Shown: positions 36,270-48,608 of the stretch, piece after piece
How positions within the stretch are numbered: position 1 is the stretch's first letter
Layout of the letters: each line of letters opens with the position of its first letter
NCBI RefSeq assembly: GCF_001194135.2
Contig: NC_068985.1
Span: forward strand, 3,007,185-3,071,184
Direction of reading: 5' to 3'
Origin: Octopus bimaculoides
Lineage: Eukaryota
DNA length: 64,000 nt
The notes under the pieces: model-generated
Told to the model about the DNA's origin: nothing
The model's database searches: none
What the model saw: only the letters and a program-made list of their open reading frames with translations
Position numbers and translations under genes: made by a program

Positions 36270-36545
36270 TGCCAATAGCATGTAAAAAGCACCATTCAAC
36301 AAGCATGGTCAAAGTCAGTACCGCCTGATTAGCCCCCATGCTGGTGGCACGTAAAAAGCACCCACTACACACTCGGAGTAGTTGATGTTAGGAAGGGCAT
36401 CCAGGTGTAGAAACCTTGCCAGATCAGATTGGAGCCTGGTGCAGTCTCCTGGTTTGCAAGTCCTCAATCAAACCGTCCAACCCATGCCAGCATGGAAAGC
36501 AGACGGTAAAAGATAATGATGATGATGATGATGATGATGATGAAT
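36270..36545 (+). mobile_element. RTE 3' UTR fragment with (GAT)n tail
   Basis: GGTGGCACGTAAAAAGCACCCACTACAC, TTAGGAAGGGCATCCAG and CCCATGCCAGCATGGAAAGCAGACG. Confidence 0.8.
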
Positions 36546-37066
36546 CTCACAAAACTATGGTTAGGGAAAAAGTCTGATTATTGCAGGCAAGTGGGTAGCT
36601 GGTCATGTTTTGGTCCTGTGAGAGCCCATCAGCATAGCATAATCTACTCAAGCTTGTGTTGATAACAAGGGTTTTACATAGGGAATGTTACAAAGATTCA
36701 TTTGTAATATGCAAATTACTACAAGTTGGAACTCTTTGCAGCTCATGCAGTCTAGTATGGTCCACTGAAGTTTGTTTTAATCAGTTGACAAATATCAATT
36801 TATCAAGATTGGCTTCAGTTGATTAATATACTATGCTGATGAGATTCGGTAAACTGAAACAAGTGCGTAGCTATCTGCTTGCTTGTTAAAATAGATCAGG
36901 TTTTGCTCTTAGCATATAAATAAATTTTGTGAAATTAATTCTTAATTTCTAATTATTATCTTCTCGTCTTGAGAGTCACTCATAAATGCCACTTGGTTTT
37001 CACTATTTTTGTTATCTAAGCAGTAAATTCCAATTAATTGAGAAATGTTCATATTAAATCATCATT

Positions 37067-37109
<43 letters not shown>

Positions 37110-37239
37110 GCATGCACAAGCACGCATTTATATACACATACACATTCACATGCATGAGTAGCATACACGCATGTGTGTGTGTGTGAATAAATGCGTACAT
37201 TTGCACATCTAGAATATATCTATATAAGTAACCCATTAT

Positions 37240-37620
37240 GGTTTGATGACTTCCAATGGAAGACGGAAAGATAATTGTCTCAAAGATTATTCTTCATTTC
37301 ATTTCCTTCTTGTTTTTTTTTTTTGTTTTTTCTTTACCTCTTTATTTTTACTCGATTTCCGACTTCATCCAATATATAATCAGTTTATTCGAAATGGCTA
37401 TAGAGTGTCTGATGACGCAAACATCTGCTACTCAGGAATATTGGTTGACCAAAGGTCGGCAAAAATATAATACCATTTGGTAGTGAAGATAAATTCATCG
37501 TCAACATTTTATTCGTGGCTCTAAAAATGATTCTAAGAATCAAATTACATCTTTTATCATTATTATTATTATGTTTTCATTTTCAGTTATTTCCTCTGTT
37601 CGATGTTTCTGTTTGAGTTT
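37240..37620. promoter_or_regulatory. CpG-retaining, non-repeat island; possible promoter or first exon
   Basis: About 9 CpGs in about 370 AT-rich bp against near-zero in nearby unique DNA; TGACGCAA site and CCAAT on both strands; minus-strand donor-like AAAGAG|gtaaag. Confidence 0.35.
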
Positions 37621-38073
37621 TTTTTGTTTTTTTTTCTAAAGTTGGATTTTTTTTAAAAATCAACAAAGCAAAAAGAAACACAAGTAGATCTGTTAGAAGA
37701 TAAATTAGGTTATATTAACAGGAGAAATTGCAACTTGAGTGTTCAAAATCAGCCACTGAAATTACTGCAAAAAGAATGAAATCTTTATCATTGTCAACAT
37801 TATCAGTTGGAGCCTTTCAATAGGAACAAGGCTGCCAATTCTAGGATCCCCAACACCAACATGCGGAATTTTCACAATGCATCTGGATTTCTGAGTTTTT
37901 TCATACCTGAAATAAATTCTTGAAAATAACTCACATACATATCTGATTTGATAATATGTCATGCGTATTTATTTATCTATTTTCTCTCTGTAACTTTTGA
38001 ATATGATAAAACACCAGAGTGGTAATGAAAAGAGAGAGAAATGAAGTATATAATCAAGAAATAAAGTAAAACA

Positions 38074-38379
38074 TTATGCCCACAGGCATATGGCATAGTG
38101 GTTAAGAGCACGGGCTACTAATCCCAAGATTCCAAGTTCGATTCCAAGCAGTGACCTGAATAATAATAATAATGATAATAATAATAATAACAACATTGAA
38201 AAATACCTTAGGAATGAGAACCCAGGTTCGAAATTTCCCCAAGACACCTGATGAAGGCTGGAAGGTATATCAGCTGAAACGTTGTGTTAACAACAAACAA
38301 GATGAGGACAAATATCCATCAAATGTAAATAATGTAAATAATATACATAATTCCTCATCTCTTAAATATATAACTGTAG
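38074..38379 (+). mobile_element. tRNA-headed SINE carrying a hammerhead ribozyme, copy 2
   Basis: A box TGGCATAGTGG (38091-38101), B box GTTCGATTCC (38136-38145), (AAT)n, hammerhead at 38243-38288; 12-bp flanking direct repeat TAAAGTAAAACA (38062-73 and 38380-91). Confidence 0.9.
38243..38288 (+). ncRNA. Type I minimal hammerhead ribozyme, with a C11.1-to-U change
   Basis: GACAC CTGATGA A GGCTG..CAGCT GAAA CGTT GTGTT. Confidence 0.75.
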
Positions 38380-38899
38380 TAAAGTAAAACAGATGGCAAA
38401 TGATGAGTAAGACCCCAAGAGAGAGAGAGAGAGAGAGTGAGAGAGAGAGAGAGAAGAATATTAGAAGAGTAAAAGTGAGAACTAAATTTAGTGCAAACTA
38501 AATTACAAGAGAGAACTAAATGTAAATGGGAAGAGAAAATTAGGGAAAGATGGGTCGGAGTGTGTAGGAAAATTTCTGATATCACCATGTCTTTCATTAT
38601 CTCATTTTTTATCTTTGTGAAGTTTATATAATAATGAGATAATCATTTGAAATGTTCTACGTTCCAGTATTCCTTTGGATACTTCTTTAAACCAAATCAG
38701 TTTATGAAGCCAGCTAACTCTTTTAGATGAACTTATTTCAAAAACAATGGAATAAATATTAAATTATTTAACAAATACAAATTCCGTAGGCCATTTTTGT
38801 GGCATAATCCACATGCGTGTGTGCATGCTTTTAGTGCCTGCTGCTTGCATGGAGCATCAGTAACAGAAGATTTCCATTCAACAAAGTTGCAAGCCACAT

Positions 38900-39190
38900 C
38901 ATGAGCTTGCTCCTAGCCCACGGCTGATATCCGCTATGTTCTCCTCAACCAGATTTTAACAATTCTACTTCACTTCCCAAATCTCCACCCCCATGTACCA
39001 GCTTCCACTCAAGAGTGGCTCTAACTAACTTCTTAATGGCATACATAGTACATGGCCAAACATCTTCCACTGCCTTATATCAATGGTATCTCATAGATAA
39101 CTCAGCCCAGAACATTCATAGTGTGACCACATCAGCAATTTCTCACTATGGTCCTAAGGAAGACAACTTCAGTTCTATAGATTCTACTAA
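38900..39190 (-). pseudogene. Old RTE-like LINE C-terminal remnant
   Basis: Minus IRQWKMFGHVLCMP and RATLEWK (compare RLRWFGHVLRM...LEW). Confidence 0.4.
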
Positions 39191-40584
39191 TTTTCTTCCA
39201 TGCTGCACAGGTATAGAATGCCATAGACAAGACAATAGATGAGTTAGAGGTGGAATTTAGAATTTTGCTAAAAAAATATGTGTCCTGCTACATTAAGTGC
39301 CTGGCAACTCTACCATTCCATGTTAGTTTTTGTCCTTTACTGTGATTTGTATATGAATGGTCCAATCTTTCCAGTACTTACACCCTTATTATATGTGTAT
39401 ATTATCTATCCTCTATAATAATGAAGGAATGCAAACTCTCTCTCTCACTCACTCATACACAGAAACCAAATAGTATGTTCAGTCATTCAATACGAATGAC
39501 TGCAAAATCATGAATTTAAAAACTGGCTTCAACAAGACAAAATGATAAGGAAACTAGCTAATCCATGCTAATGAAACACAAAATTTCTTTTAAACATTAG
39601 TAATGCTTTGATGTGACTAAATCTAGTGTTGATATTACTAAATTAATGTTGAAAAATGTCAATAGCAAGTGAATAAACAGCCAAAAGTGAACTGCTTATT
39701 GCTGGCTATTCTGTTAAACATAACATTCCTCTTTGCTGATGGTATGTAAGAGAGAGAATTTACAGAAAGCAAGATTGCCGAAAAATTATCAATGAAAAGA
39801 AGAAAACTTTTCATGTTATTCAAAATGGAATAGACATTCATGAAAAAAAAACAGCAATAAAAAATATCTGTAAGACACAAGAGTTTTCTATCATATTTGA
39901 GGAAAGTACAGACATTTCAGCTACCCGAATTTTGGCTAAGTTGTGAGATACTTGGATTTGAATATGCACAATGTCATAGACACTTTGTTAGATACTGCAG
40001 TCATTGAAAACGGAACAGCTCTTGGTCTTTACAATGCTGTCAAATCTACTTTGTGTGAAAGAACTATTCCTGTAGAAAATATTATTGGATTTGCAGGAAA
40101 TATTTGTTCTTCCATAATGGGCACCAAAAGTAGGTTCTTGAAATTACTAAAAGATGATGTGTCTTCTGTTTATATTATAGGAAGCATCTGTCATTCTTTC
40201 ACTCTTCATATTTCCCATGCTGTCAGCATACTACCCTCATATTTAAAGGCTTTTGTAAAAGATTTAACAGCTTATTTTTCTCACAGTAGCAAGAGACAAT
40301 AGGAGTTCCCACTTATATTAGCTGTTGCAACAATTTCACACGAAAATACCTAAACTTGCAGAAACAAGGAAACTTTCTCAAGAAACAAAGATTACAGTGA
40401 CAGAACAATTCGCAATGTTAACACCAGTTCGAATATGCTAAGAGCACAGAACAATTTGATCTTTTCTTTATTTCCCAAGTAACTCAAAAGAAGTTGACAA
40501 AGTTGATGCTCCCAGGAGAATTTATGAAAGATTATGCAATCATGGGATCAAGCACATGCTATTTTCCTTCAATGTATTATAAGG

Positions 40585-40795
40585 CAGCGAGCTGGTAGAA
40601 TCGTTAGCACATCAGGCAAAATGCTTGGTAGCATTTCAACTGCCACTATGTTCTGAGTTCAAATTCTACCAAGGTTGACTTTGTCTTTCATCTTTTGGGG
40701 GTTAATAAGTTCAGTACTAGTTGAGTACTGGGGGTCAGTGTAATCAATGTACACACTTCTCTGGAACTGGTGGCCTTGTGTCAAAATTTGAAAGC
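40585..40795 (+). mobile_element. Family-1 SINE inside the hAT
   Basis: AAGGCAGCGAGCTGGTAGAATCGTTAGCAC head, TTCTGAGTTCAAATT and GGCCTTGTGTCAAAATTTGAAA tail. Confidence 0.85.
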
Positions 40796-40915
40796 AACAC
40801 GTGTTATGCAAAGTGAATTTAGTGAAATGCTGAATTCCAATTTGAATATTCAAGGAGGTTACATCATCTGAATTTAACATCCTCAGAATGGGAAAAAACC
40901 TCTTGAGTTTCTGTA

Positions 40916-41141
40916 TTAACCTTTTGAAATCAAACCACCTGAGACCATCCCTGGTCATATGATGCCATTTTCCTGTTTTAAATTGATCTAAATTAAAAAC
41001 CTTCCATCCAAAATTCCATGTTAATTTATTTTCTAAACACCAACTTAATAGTGACAAAGTTATTTTGCTAAATCCTTCATTATTTTCGAAATTAAGTGAA
41101 ACAAAGCCAGTGAATTTCAACAGAGAAATGGTAACTAAAAG
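40916..41141 (+). mobile_element. TTAA-type MITE (second family) inside the hAT
   Basis: TTAACCTTTTGAAA start; an inverted relative at 61396-61623 ends ATCAAAAGGGTTAA. Confidence 0.55.
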
Positions 41142-42313
41142 ATGAACTACAGAAAGACATTCAATTAGCAGAAATTAACCCCAGCAATGAAAAAAAACAT
41201 TACAAAAACTTTATTGATGTTTGCCTCAGAGAAAAAGCAATACCACATTTAATTAGGAACCTTTTTCATGTTAAAATCAGTTGCTGTTGGCAGATTTGAA
41301 ACTGACTGAAATTCTTAGTGGAACTTTAGTAATTTAAATAAGGGAAGGGTTTCCTTCAATGAAAAGTGTAGCTTCTAATTTCAGTATATCTATGTCTGTC
41401 CTTCCACTAACTGTTCATTTCTTATCCACTGAGCAAGAAAGCAATCTAAATGATTTAGTTGATCGATAGAGAAGTTACTGATTAGCAGCAGGCAATTTAC
41501 CTATCTCTACAGAAAGCAGTACACATTAAAAGACATAAAAGATGGACTTCATAATTCCAAATATGATTTGCTATTCAATTTCATAACTATTTTGCCACAT
41601 TCGTCAGATAGTGTTGAAAGAATATTCTCACAAATAAACTGTGTCAAAACAAGAAACACTAATTCATTAAAAGCAGAGACTGTAAAAGATAGATTACTTA
41701 CAAAGCAATCTGTCATTATAAACACTATGGAAAGCACTATGTGAGAACCTGGAAAAGAATTAATCAAGGACTTTGGAGATGCTGTAAGCAAAAGACACCT
41801 GAAAGAATTAAAAAAAAAAAAAACAGAAAATAACGAATTGTTTACTTGTTCGGGAAAAATTTAAGCCAACAAAGAAAAATTATTGTGTTCTACACATAAA
41901 ACTAATCTACATATATAAAACTAACTAAAATAGTACTATATTTCTATCTAAACATATTTCTATAATTTAGTGGGGTTTTTTGCTCTGTAGTTTTTTTTCT
42001 TTTTTTCTTTTTTCACCCCACTTCTCTGAGACTAATCTGGGGTTTTCCTGAAAATTTCAGACGCAGTCTTGGATAATAATGGTGGTGGTGGTGATAACAA
42101 CTACTGCTGCCACCATCATCACTAATACTCTACAGTTCCATATGATGCTCAAAAGCATCACACTTTGGCACAACATGATACTACATCACACTTCTACACA
42201 ATATTGCACAAGAATATATTACAATGTTACAATAATATAATATTTCATCAACTTCTGCTTCATAAAACTGTTTGTGATAACAAATGCAACAGTATCACAA
42301 CGACCACCTACAT

Positions 42314-42618
42314 CAGCGGTTCCCAACTGAGCTCCATATGACCCCTGGGAGTCCATATAAGCAAAAGAGTAAATTGGGGACCCACAATAATTTATTAAAG
42401 GTCCATGGAAAACAGTTTGCTTAAAATGTATTCATTGCAAGAAACAGCAAGATTTCTTTTTACAACCAGTACAAGTTGATGTGTGTAAAGAAAAATAGGG
42501 ATTTTGAAAAAAAAACTATCCACAAAACTAGTTTTCGCACATCAAATGGCTATGGGAGTCCACCTGAGTAAAACAGTAATCAAAGAGGTCCACAGGTAAA
42601 AAATGGTTGAGAGCCATT
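42314..42618 (+). mobile_element. hAT-type MITE
   Basis: CAGCGGTTCCCAAC ... GTTGAGAGCCATT termini, with internal GGTCCA repeats. Confidence 0.65.
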
Positions 42619-42778
42619 CATCCACATCATTATTGTTTAGAGATTTCCTCCTACCCAAACATAAGTGGACTCATAAAGGAAATCCTATCAAGATTAACCC
42701 GTTAGCATTCAGATTATTCTGTCAAATGTAATTAGCTTCTTTATTCACATTGCTTTGAATTAATCAAGCATCATATAT

Positions 42779-43259
42779 CCTACCTCTGCTGGTAAGAAAG
42801 GGCCTCTCGTGCAGAGTGAAAGATAGACTGTATGATGCATGTGTGCAAACAGCCATGCTACATGGCAGTGAAACATGAGCTGTGACTGCTGAGGACATGT
42901 GTAAGCATGCAAGAAATAAAGCTAGTATGCTCCACTGGATCTGTAATGTCAGTGTGCATAAAAGACAGAGTGTAAGCACCCTGAGAGAAAAGTTGGACAT
43001 AAGAAGCATCAGATGTGGTGTGCAAGAGAGATGACTGAGCTGGTATGGTCATGTGCTGCATATGGATGAGTGCAGCTTTATGAAGAAGCGTCACACCCTA
43101 ACGGTGGAAGGAACCTGTGGAAGAGGGAGACCCAGGAAGACCTGGGATGAGGTGGTGAAGCACGACCTTTGAACATTAGACCTCACAGAGGCAATGACAA
43201 GTGATCGAGACCTGTGGAAATATGCTGTGCTTGAGAAGACCTGACAAGCCAAGTAAGAC
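42779..43259 (+). pseudogene. RTE LINE ORF2 C-terminal fragment
   Basis: One frame, stops only: LPLLVRKGLSCRVKDRLYDACVQTAMLHGSET*...LSWYGHVLHMDE...GTCGRGRPRKTWDEVVKHDL*...DRDLWKYAVLEKT*. Confidence 0.9.
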
Positions 43260-43444
43260 TTTAACCAGAACAATGCCTGCTTCCAATCTTCCACAGAACA
43301 TTGGCAAATCTCTTATTTGTTTCTGCTTCCTTTACTCTGTACATCTGGACACCTGTTGCTAAGGCCATGGGTTAAATCATTTGACCAGACAGTGTATTGT
43401 CTTTGAGTAAAGTAATTCATTTCATGTTGCTCTACTTTACTCAG

Positions 43445-43640
43445 CTGAGTATTTGTTTCGGTCATTAGACTGCAGCCATGCTGGGGCACCACCTCGAAGA
43501 ATTTTAGTCAAACGGATCAGTCTTGGTACTTATTCTATTGGTCACTTTTGCCAAACTGCTAAGTTACAGGGTACATAGACATGCCAACACTGTGCCTGTT
43601 TGTCTCCCCCTCCACCCCACCACTTGACAAACAAAGACAT

Positions 43641-43687
<47 letters not shown>

Positions 43688-43830
43688 ACAAGCTCCTTTC
43701 AGTTTCTGTCTACCAAATCCACTCTGAAGGCTTTCTTTGACCACAGACTATGGTAGAAGACACTTGCCCAAAGTGAGTATGAACTTGGAACCATGTGGTT
43801 GGGAAGCAAACTTCTTACAACGCAGCTCCA
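43445..43830 (-). mobile_element. Family-3 SINE with internal (CA)n
   Basis: Full head-to-tail match to the other family-3 copies. Confidence 0.8.
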
Positions 43831-44324
43831 TCTGCAGCTATACATAAAACATAATTGTAAAAAAAGGGTATTTTACTTATTCAAATAATAAAAGAACTTC
43901 TTAGTGACTTCTTTATGCAAGTGTGTACATACATAAGTAGCAAAGCAGCCGAGTTATTATAGAGCTGAACAGGCAGCCTACTGGTATTACTTCTAGCTTT
44001 CTATACTCCAAGTTCAAATATTGCTGAAATCAACTTTGCCTTTCATCTTTCCAAGATCAATAAAGTACCAAACCTGTACTGAAGTCACTCTCTCTCTCTC
44101 TCTCTCTCTATCTATCTCTCTCTCTCTCTCACCTTCTTCTCTCACCCTTTCAGTGTGTTTCTCTATTTCTAGAAGATACCCAGCTATGGCCAGACAAGGA
44201 AAGGAGTGGTCTCTACAGCTCTAAAAATGACTCACCAAATTCCAAAAGGAATTGGAAGGTGGACATTAAAAAAAATAATGAGATTTGGATATACACACAC
44301 CTGTGTGAAGCTTGTGATTCATTC

Positions 44325-44745
44325 TGCAGACATGGATGTGTAAGTAACAAGCTTGCTTTCTGACCATGTGGTTTTAGGTTCAATCCTAGTACATGACAGC
44401 TTCAGGATGTATCTTAACTTTTAACCTCAAAGCCTTGTGAGTTAATTTGATAGACAAAAACCGAAAGAGGCCCATCTTGCATGTGTGTACGTGTGTGTGT
44501 GTGTGTGCATGGAGGTATGTGTATGTGGTTGTGTCTCCTTGTTTTAATATTACATGATTGATGTAAATGAGTGTCACCATCATACAAGCAGTGTCCTTCA
44601 TTTCCAATCTTCCATGGAAACATGTCTGGCCATAAAAAACCTGCCACACCAAATTCCATCTGATCCTTACAAGTATGGAAAAGTGGACATTAAAACAATG
44701 CTGATAATGATGATGACAATGGTGATGATGATGATGACAGTGATG
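44325..44745 (+). mobile_element. Family-3 SINE 5' half followed by an RTE 3' tail fragment
   Basis: CATGGATGTGT..GTAACAAGCTTGCTTTC head; GTATGGAAAAGTGGACATTAAA and (GAT)n tail. Confidence 0.6.
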
Positions 44746-45574
44746 ATCTCTCTCTCTCTTTCTCATACACACACACACACACACAAAGCAATTGGCTATA
44801 GAAAGCATATACAATCTTTTTTTTTTTAAGAGCTTTATAATAAACATCCTTGGGGTTAAAATATCATCTCACCTTCCCCTCACTTTACTATCAGATCCAT
44901 ATAAACATATATTAAATGAAATAATTCCCACAATGACAATAACAAAGATGATGAAGGTGATGCCTACCACCACCACCATCATCATCATCATCATTGCTGT
45001 TGATGGGAAAGAAAAGTAACGCCAGTGATGCTTAAATCAGATGCAATGAACCAATGTTTTTATGACACACAGCCTTCGCACACATATACAACAACCGACC
45101 AGCCAACCAACCAACACCAAAAGTAATAAAATCTGGCCTAAAAGAATTAAAAAACAAAACAAAAATCAACAGCAAAAAAAGCAATCAAGCAAAAAATAAA
45201 ATAACTACAACAAAAAGAGAAACAGGTTTTTTCTTTTAAAACAAAAGCCTAGAGCCAAGGCAAAGACTTGTCTGGCGTTATGCTGCGTGTGTTGTTGTGG
45301 TTGTTGCTTTTGCTGCTGCTGCTGCTGCGAAGAGCTGTTTGAAGTATGAAGAGAATGAGATTGATCTATTTAGTAATCTAGATAATGATAATTGGACATA
45401 GTAAAAAGTAAAGGACCTAGCCTTAAAGACTGCTGGCAACCCAATATATGTATGGACATGAACTAAGGCTGATGATGATAGGGAAGGGTTGAAGGAGAAT
45501 CAATAAGATTTCTCATCAATACATCAATTTGTTTATTCAGTAGAGGCTTGTTGGTATACATACATATGTACATA

Positions 45575-45624
<50 letters not shown>

Positions 45625-45850
45625 TGTGTGTGTGTATCTACACACACACACACACATGTAGGTGTATGTAAAATAAAACAAAGAAAAACAAAACAACTTA
45701 AGCAAACACAAAATAAAGAAAGGCTGACCCTCCCCACTACCTACATTATTCAATAGTAGCGTGGCAAATGAAAGCTAATTATTTGCACAGCAAACACCTT
45801 GATAGCCATTACTGTGTAAAGGCAGCAGGTGACATCCTGGTCTGTGGGGG

Positions 45851-45896
<46 letters not shown>

Positions 45897-45962
45897 GAGT
45901 GCGTGTGTAAAGAAAGCTTATATATAACTGTAAAGAACCTGGTATTAGAAAATGTGTTAAAG

Positions 45963-45996
<34 letters not shown>

Positions 45997-46039
45997 TGTG
46001 TGTGTCTGTGTGTACACGCTTGCTTGCTGACACACAGAT

Positions 46040-46240
46040 GTATGCATATGCAGGTGGAGGTACAGCAATACGGTAAAAAAATTCGCTTTGTGAACATATG
46101 GTTCCAGGTTCAATCCCTCTGTGTGATACCATAGCCAGCTGTCTTCTACTATAATCTCAGTTTGTCCAATATTTTGTGAATGGAATTTGGTAGACTGAAA
46201 GTGTACAGAAACTAGTGTCTGTGTGCATGTGTGTGCACGC
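46040..46240 (+). mobile_element. Family-3 SINE 5' half
   Basis: ATATGGTTCCAGGTTCAATCCC, GTCTTCTACTATA and GGAATTTGGTAGACTGAAA. Confidence 0.65.
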
Positions 46241-46569
46241 ATGCATTTATATAATGTTCCTTTATGTTTCACAATTTAATGGTTCATCAAATAGAAATCA
46301 ATGAAATGTGTATCAGGCTGAAATAAATACTGGAATCAATATGATTAAGTAAAACTTTTGAAGGCTCTACTTTGCACAACCACAGTCTGATAACAAAAAT
46401 AAGAAAAAGAATAATAAAACCATTAGAATATACATCTAATGTATAAGGGAAAGCAAAGTGATGTAGTAGGAGAAGAAATAATAGATTTTATTCATGATAA
46501 AAATAGATAAAAAAATGTTGAGTAGTTTATGTGTAATAATGCTTTAAAACTGGATACTGAATGGACACC

Positions 46570-47090
46570 TTGTATTCCTCATTACTGTCTTGGCCACAAC
46601 AATACTACCATGGGAAGATTTGCACACTGCAGAAGAGAATGCAAGTCAGGTGGACAGACCCCTTCGTTCGAATCCCTGGCATGCGACTCCCTAAGATACT
46701 GTATTACAGTGGACTTGCAGAAGGCAAGCACATGTGATGTGGACAGAAACTGTGCTTTAAGGACACACTTGAAGCCTCACTGAAGGGCCTTGAGATCAAC
46801 CCCAACACCTGGGAAACGCAAGCATGAGACTGTCTTGCCTGGCGAAGCTGCACAAACAGAGGTGTCACCTCCTATGAACAGAACAGGATGTGAATTGCAC
46901 AAGTCCAGAGCCAACTCCTTGCCAACTCCAGTCCTGGCAGACCACCAGTGCCCAACCTATGGCAGGACTTTCCAAGTAAACATCACAGTGATTGGCCACA
47001 GCCGGACACACCATGCACTGTCTTCTTCTCCCATGTGATGTCCATGGTTATCATCAACGACAAACAAACTAATAACAACAATTATCATGA
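46570..47090 (+). mobile_element. RTE-BovB-like LINE 3' end
   Basis: MQVRWTDPFVRIPGMRLPKILYYSGLAEGKHM*CGQKLCFKDTLEASLKGLEINPNTWETQA*DCLAWRS..., then the C-terminal zinc-finger remnant CPTYGRTFQVNITVIGHSRTH and an (AAC)-rich tail. Confidence 0.85.
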
Positions 47091-47263
47091 GAACCAGTTT
47101 AAAATATATCTCTTAAGTTTATACTGATAGCAACTACTTAACAAGACAACAATTCTTCACAGACATTCAATAAGAGTGGAGAAGTCTATTTCTGAAGGCT
47201 GAGAACATGAAGTAAAATTTATTATTAATAAACATTATTATAAATAACTAATCAATTATTAAC

Positions 47264-47383
47264 CATTTTTCCAATAAAGCCCAATGGCTTTGAGTTTAAG
47301 ATCTTCAAATCTTTTTAAAGCCAACCAACTGTACTCTAAGAGAAATTCTGCTGAGTTCAGTTTGCTTTGTGCAACTGATATAC
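47264..47383 (-). CDS. Candidate 120-bp phase-1/phase-1 exon, product unknown
   Basis: tttag|GT ATA TCA...AAA AAT G|gttaat; open frame GISVAQSKLNSAEFLLEYSWLALKRFEDLKLKAIGLYWKN. Acceptor tract is A-rich and weak. Confidence 0.25.
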
Positions 47384-48577
47384 CTAAATTTTTATTCTTT
47401 TATTAATTTCAGTTATTGGAATATGACCTTGCTACAAACACCTGACTTGAGGTTACTGTATTATATTGGTTCTAGTATGCACCTCGAATCTGGTACTTGC
47501 TTTATCAATCTCTTTGAAGTTATGAAATTTGCTTTGCTTATTGCCAAGTGAACTTCTTGAGTACGTAGCCGTGTGTGTGTGTGTGTGTGAGCATGCATGC
47601 ACATGTGTGTAATATATTATTCAATATTCCATTTCTTTTGGTTCTGGTAACATATTGATAAGACTAACAACATACAATATGTGTTACATAATTCTATGTG
47701 ATTCAGGTTAGTTGCAAGGAAGAGATACGAAAACCGTTTTAGACTAGAATTCTGTCCAATGTGTATATATATATATATATATATATATGCACGACACATC
47801 AGAAACTACACAGAATTTCTGGGTTTCATTGAAGAACTGATTTCTTTGTTTAACAAAAAAGGTCGTACATGAATCTAAAAGCATTAGACTCTTTACAAAT
47901 ACTAGGCCTAGCACTTCTGATAAGAAGGTATTATTTTTCACATAGCCAAGACTGCTTAAGTTTCTTCTTGACCCTTTATGTCAACTGTCTACCCATAACA
48001 AAGCAGAGATATTTCCCAATGCTAAAATAATTCTTTCCTATCACAGTATAACTCTGTGTCATCCTCATACAAACTCACTCATCCTTCCCAATCCCTCCGG
48101 TATCTCACTTGCCAAATACCACAATCAACTATTTAAAAAAAAATTAATCTTTCAACAGAGTGTCCGTGTAGCACCTTCATAAATTCTTTGTCCATTCCAA
48201 ATACCAGCCTGTAAGAAAGTGGGAGCTTCTATACCAGTGGATGTCAACCATGGCTCCCAGGGGTACCTGCGATCCGCAAACATCCTTCTGGTACTCCTCA
48301 ACAGTCTTACTTCTATAAATATAAAGTTTTCTTTAATTGGCTTGTGTTTTACTTTTTTTTTTTTTTCCAGGTTCTGGATCTAGCCTGGATATTAAAGAAA
48401 TTCAGAACCACTGTTCTACACAGTCACTCAACCTACCACAAATAGCAGCCAAATTTCCATACAAATCACACACTGCTAAGTGTTTAAAAAAATATGTACA
48501 CTGGATGATACAATTCTTTAATGCAATAACACTAAACAATAACAACTACTAACAACACTCCAAACTGAATACAACCA

Positions 48578-48579
<2 letters not shown>

Positions 48580-48608
<29 letters not shown>

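Larger units (their letters stand above)
39660..41815 (+). pseudogene. Decayed hAT transposase, nearly full length, with nested insertions
   Basis: TAKSELLIAGYSVKHNIP; EFSIIFEESTDIS (DESTD); NIIGFAG; GSICHSF (CxxH); FSHSSKRQ; KIPKLAETRKLS (TRWLS); dimerisation domain ILPHSSDSVERIFSQINCVKT...SLKAETVKDRLL at about 41540-41720. Confidence 0.85.

Noticed and set aside
37762-37907. Minus-strand acceptor followed by YEKTQKSRCIVKIPHVG... or MLVLGILELAALFLLKGSN
   Set aside because: No donor, early stops and no recognisable domain.
45255-45345. Minus-strand poly-Q-like frame (SSQQQQQQKQQPQQH)
   Set aside because: A short CAG/CAA microsatellite with only a weak donor.
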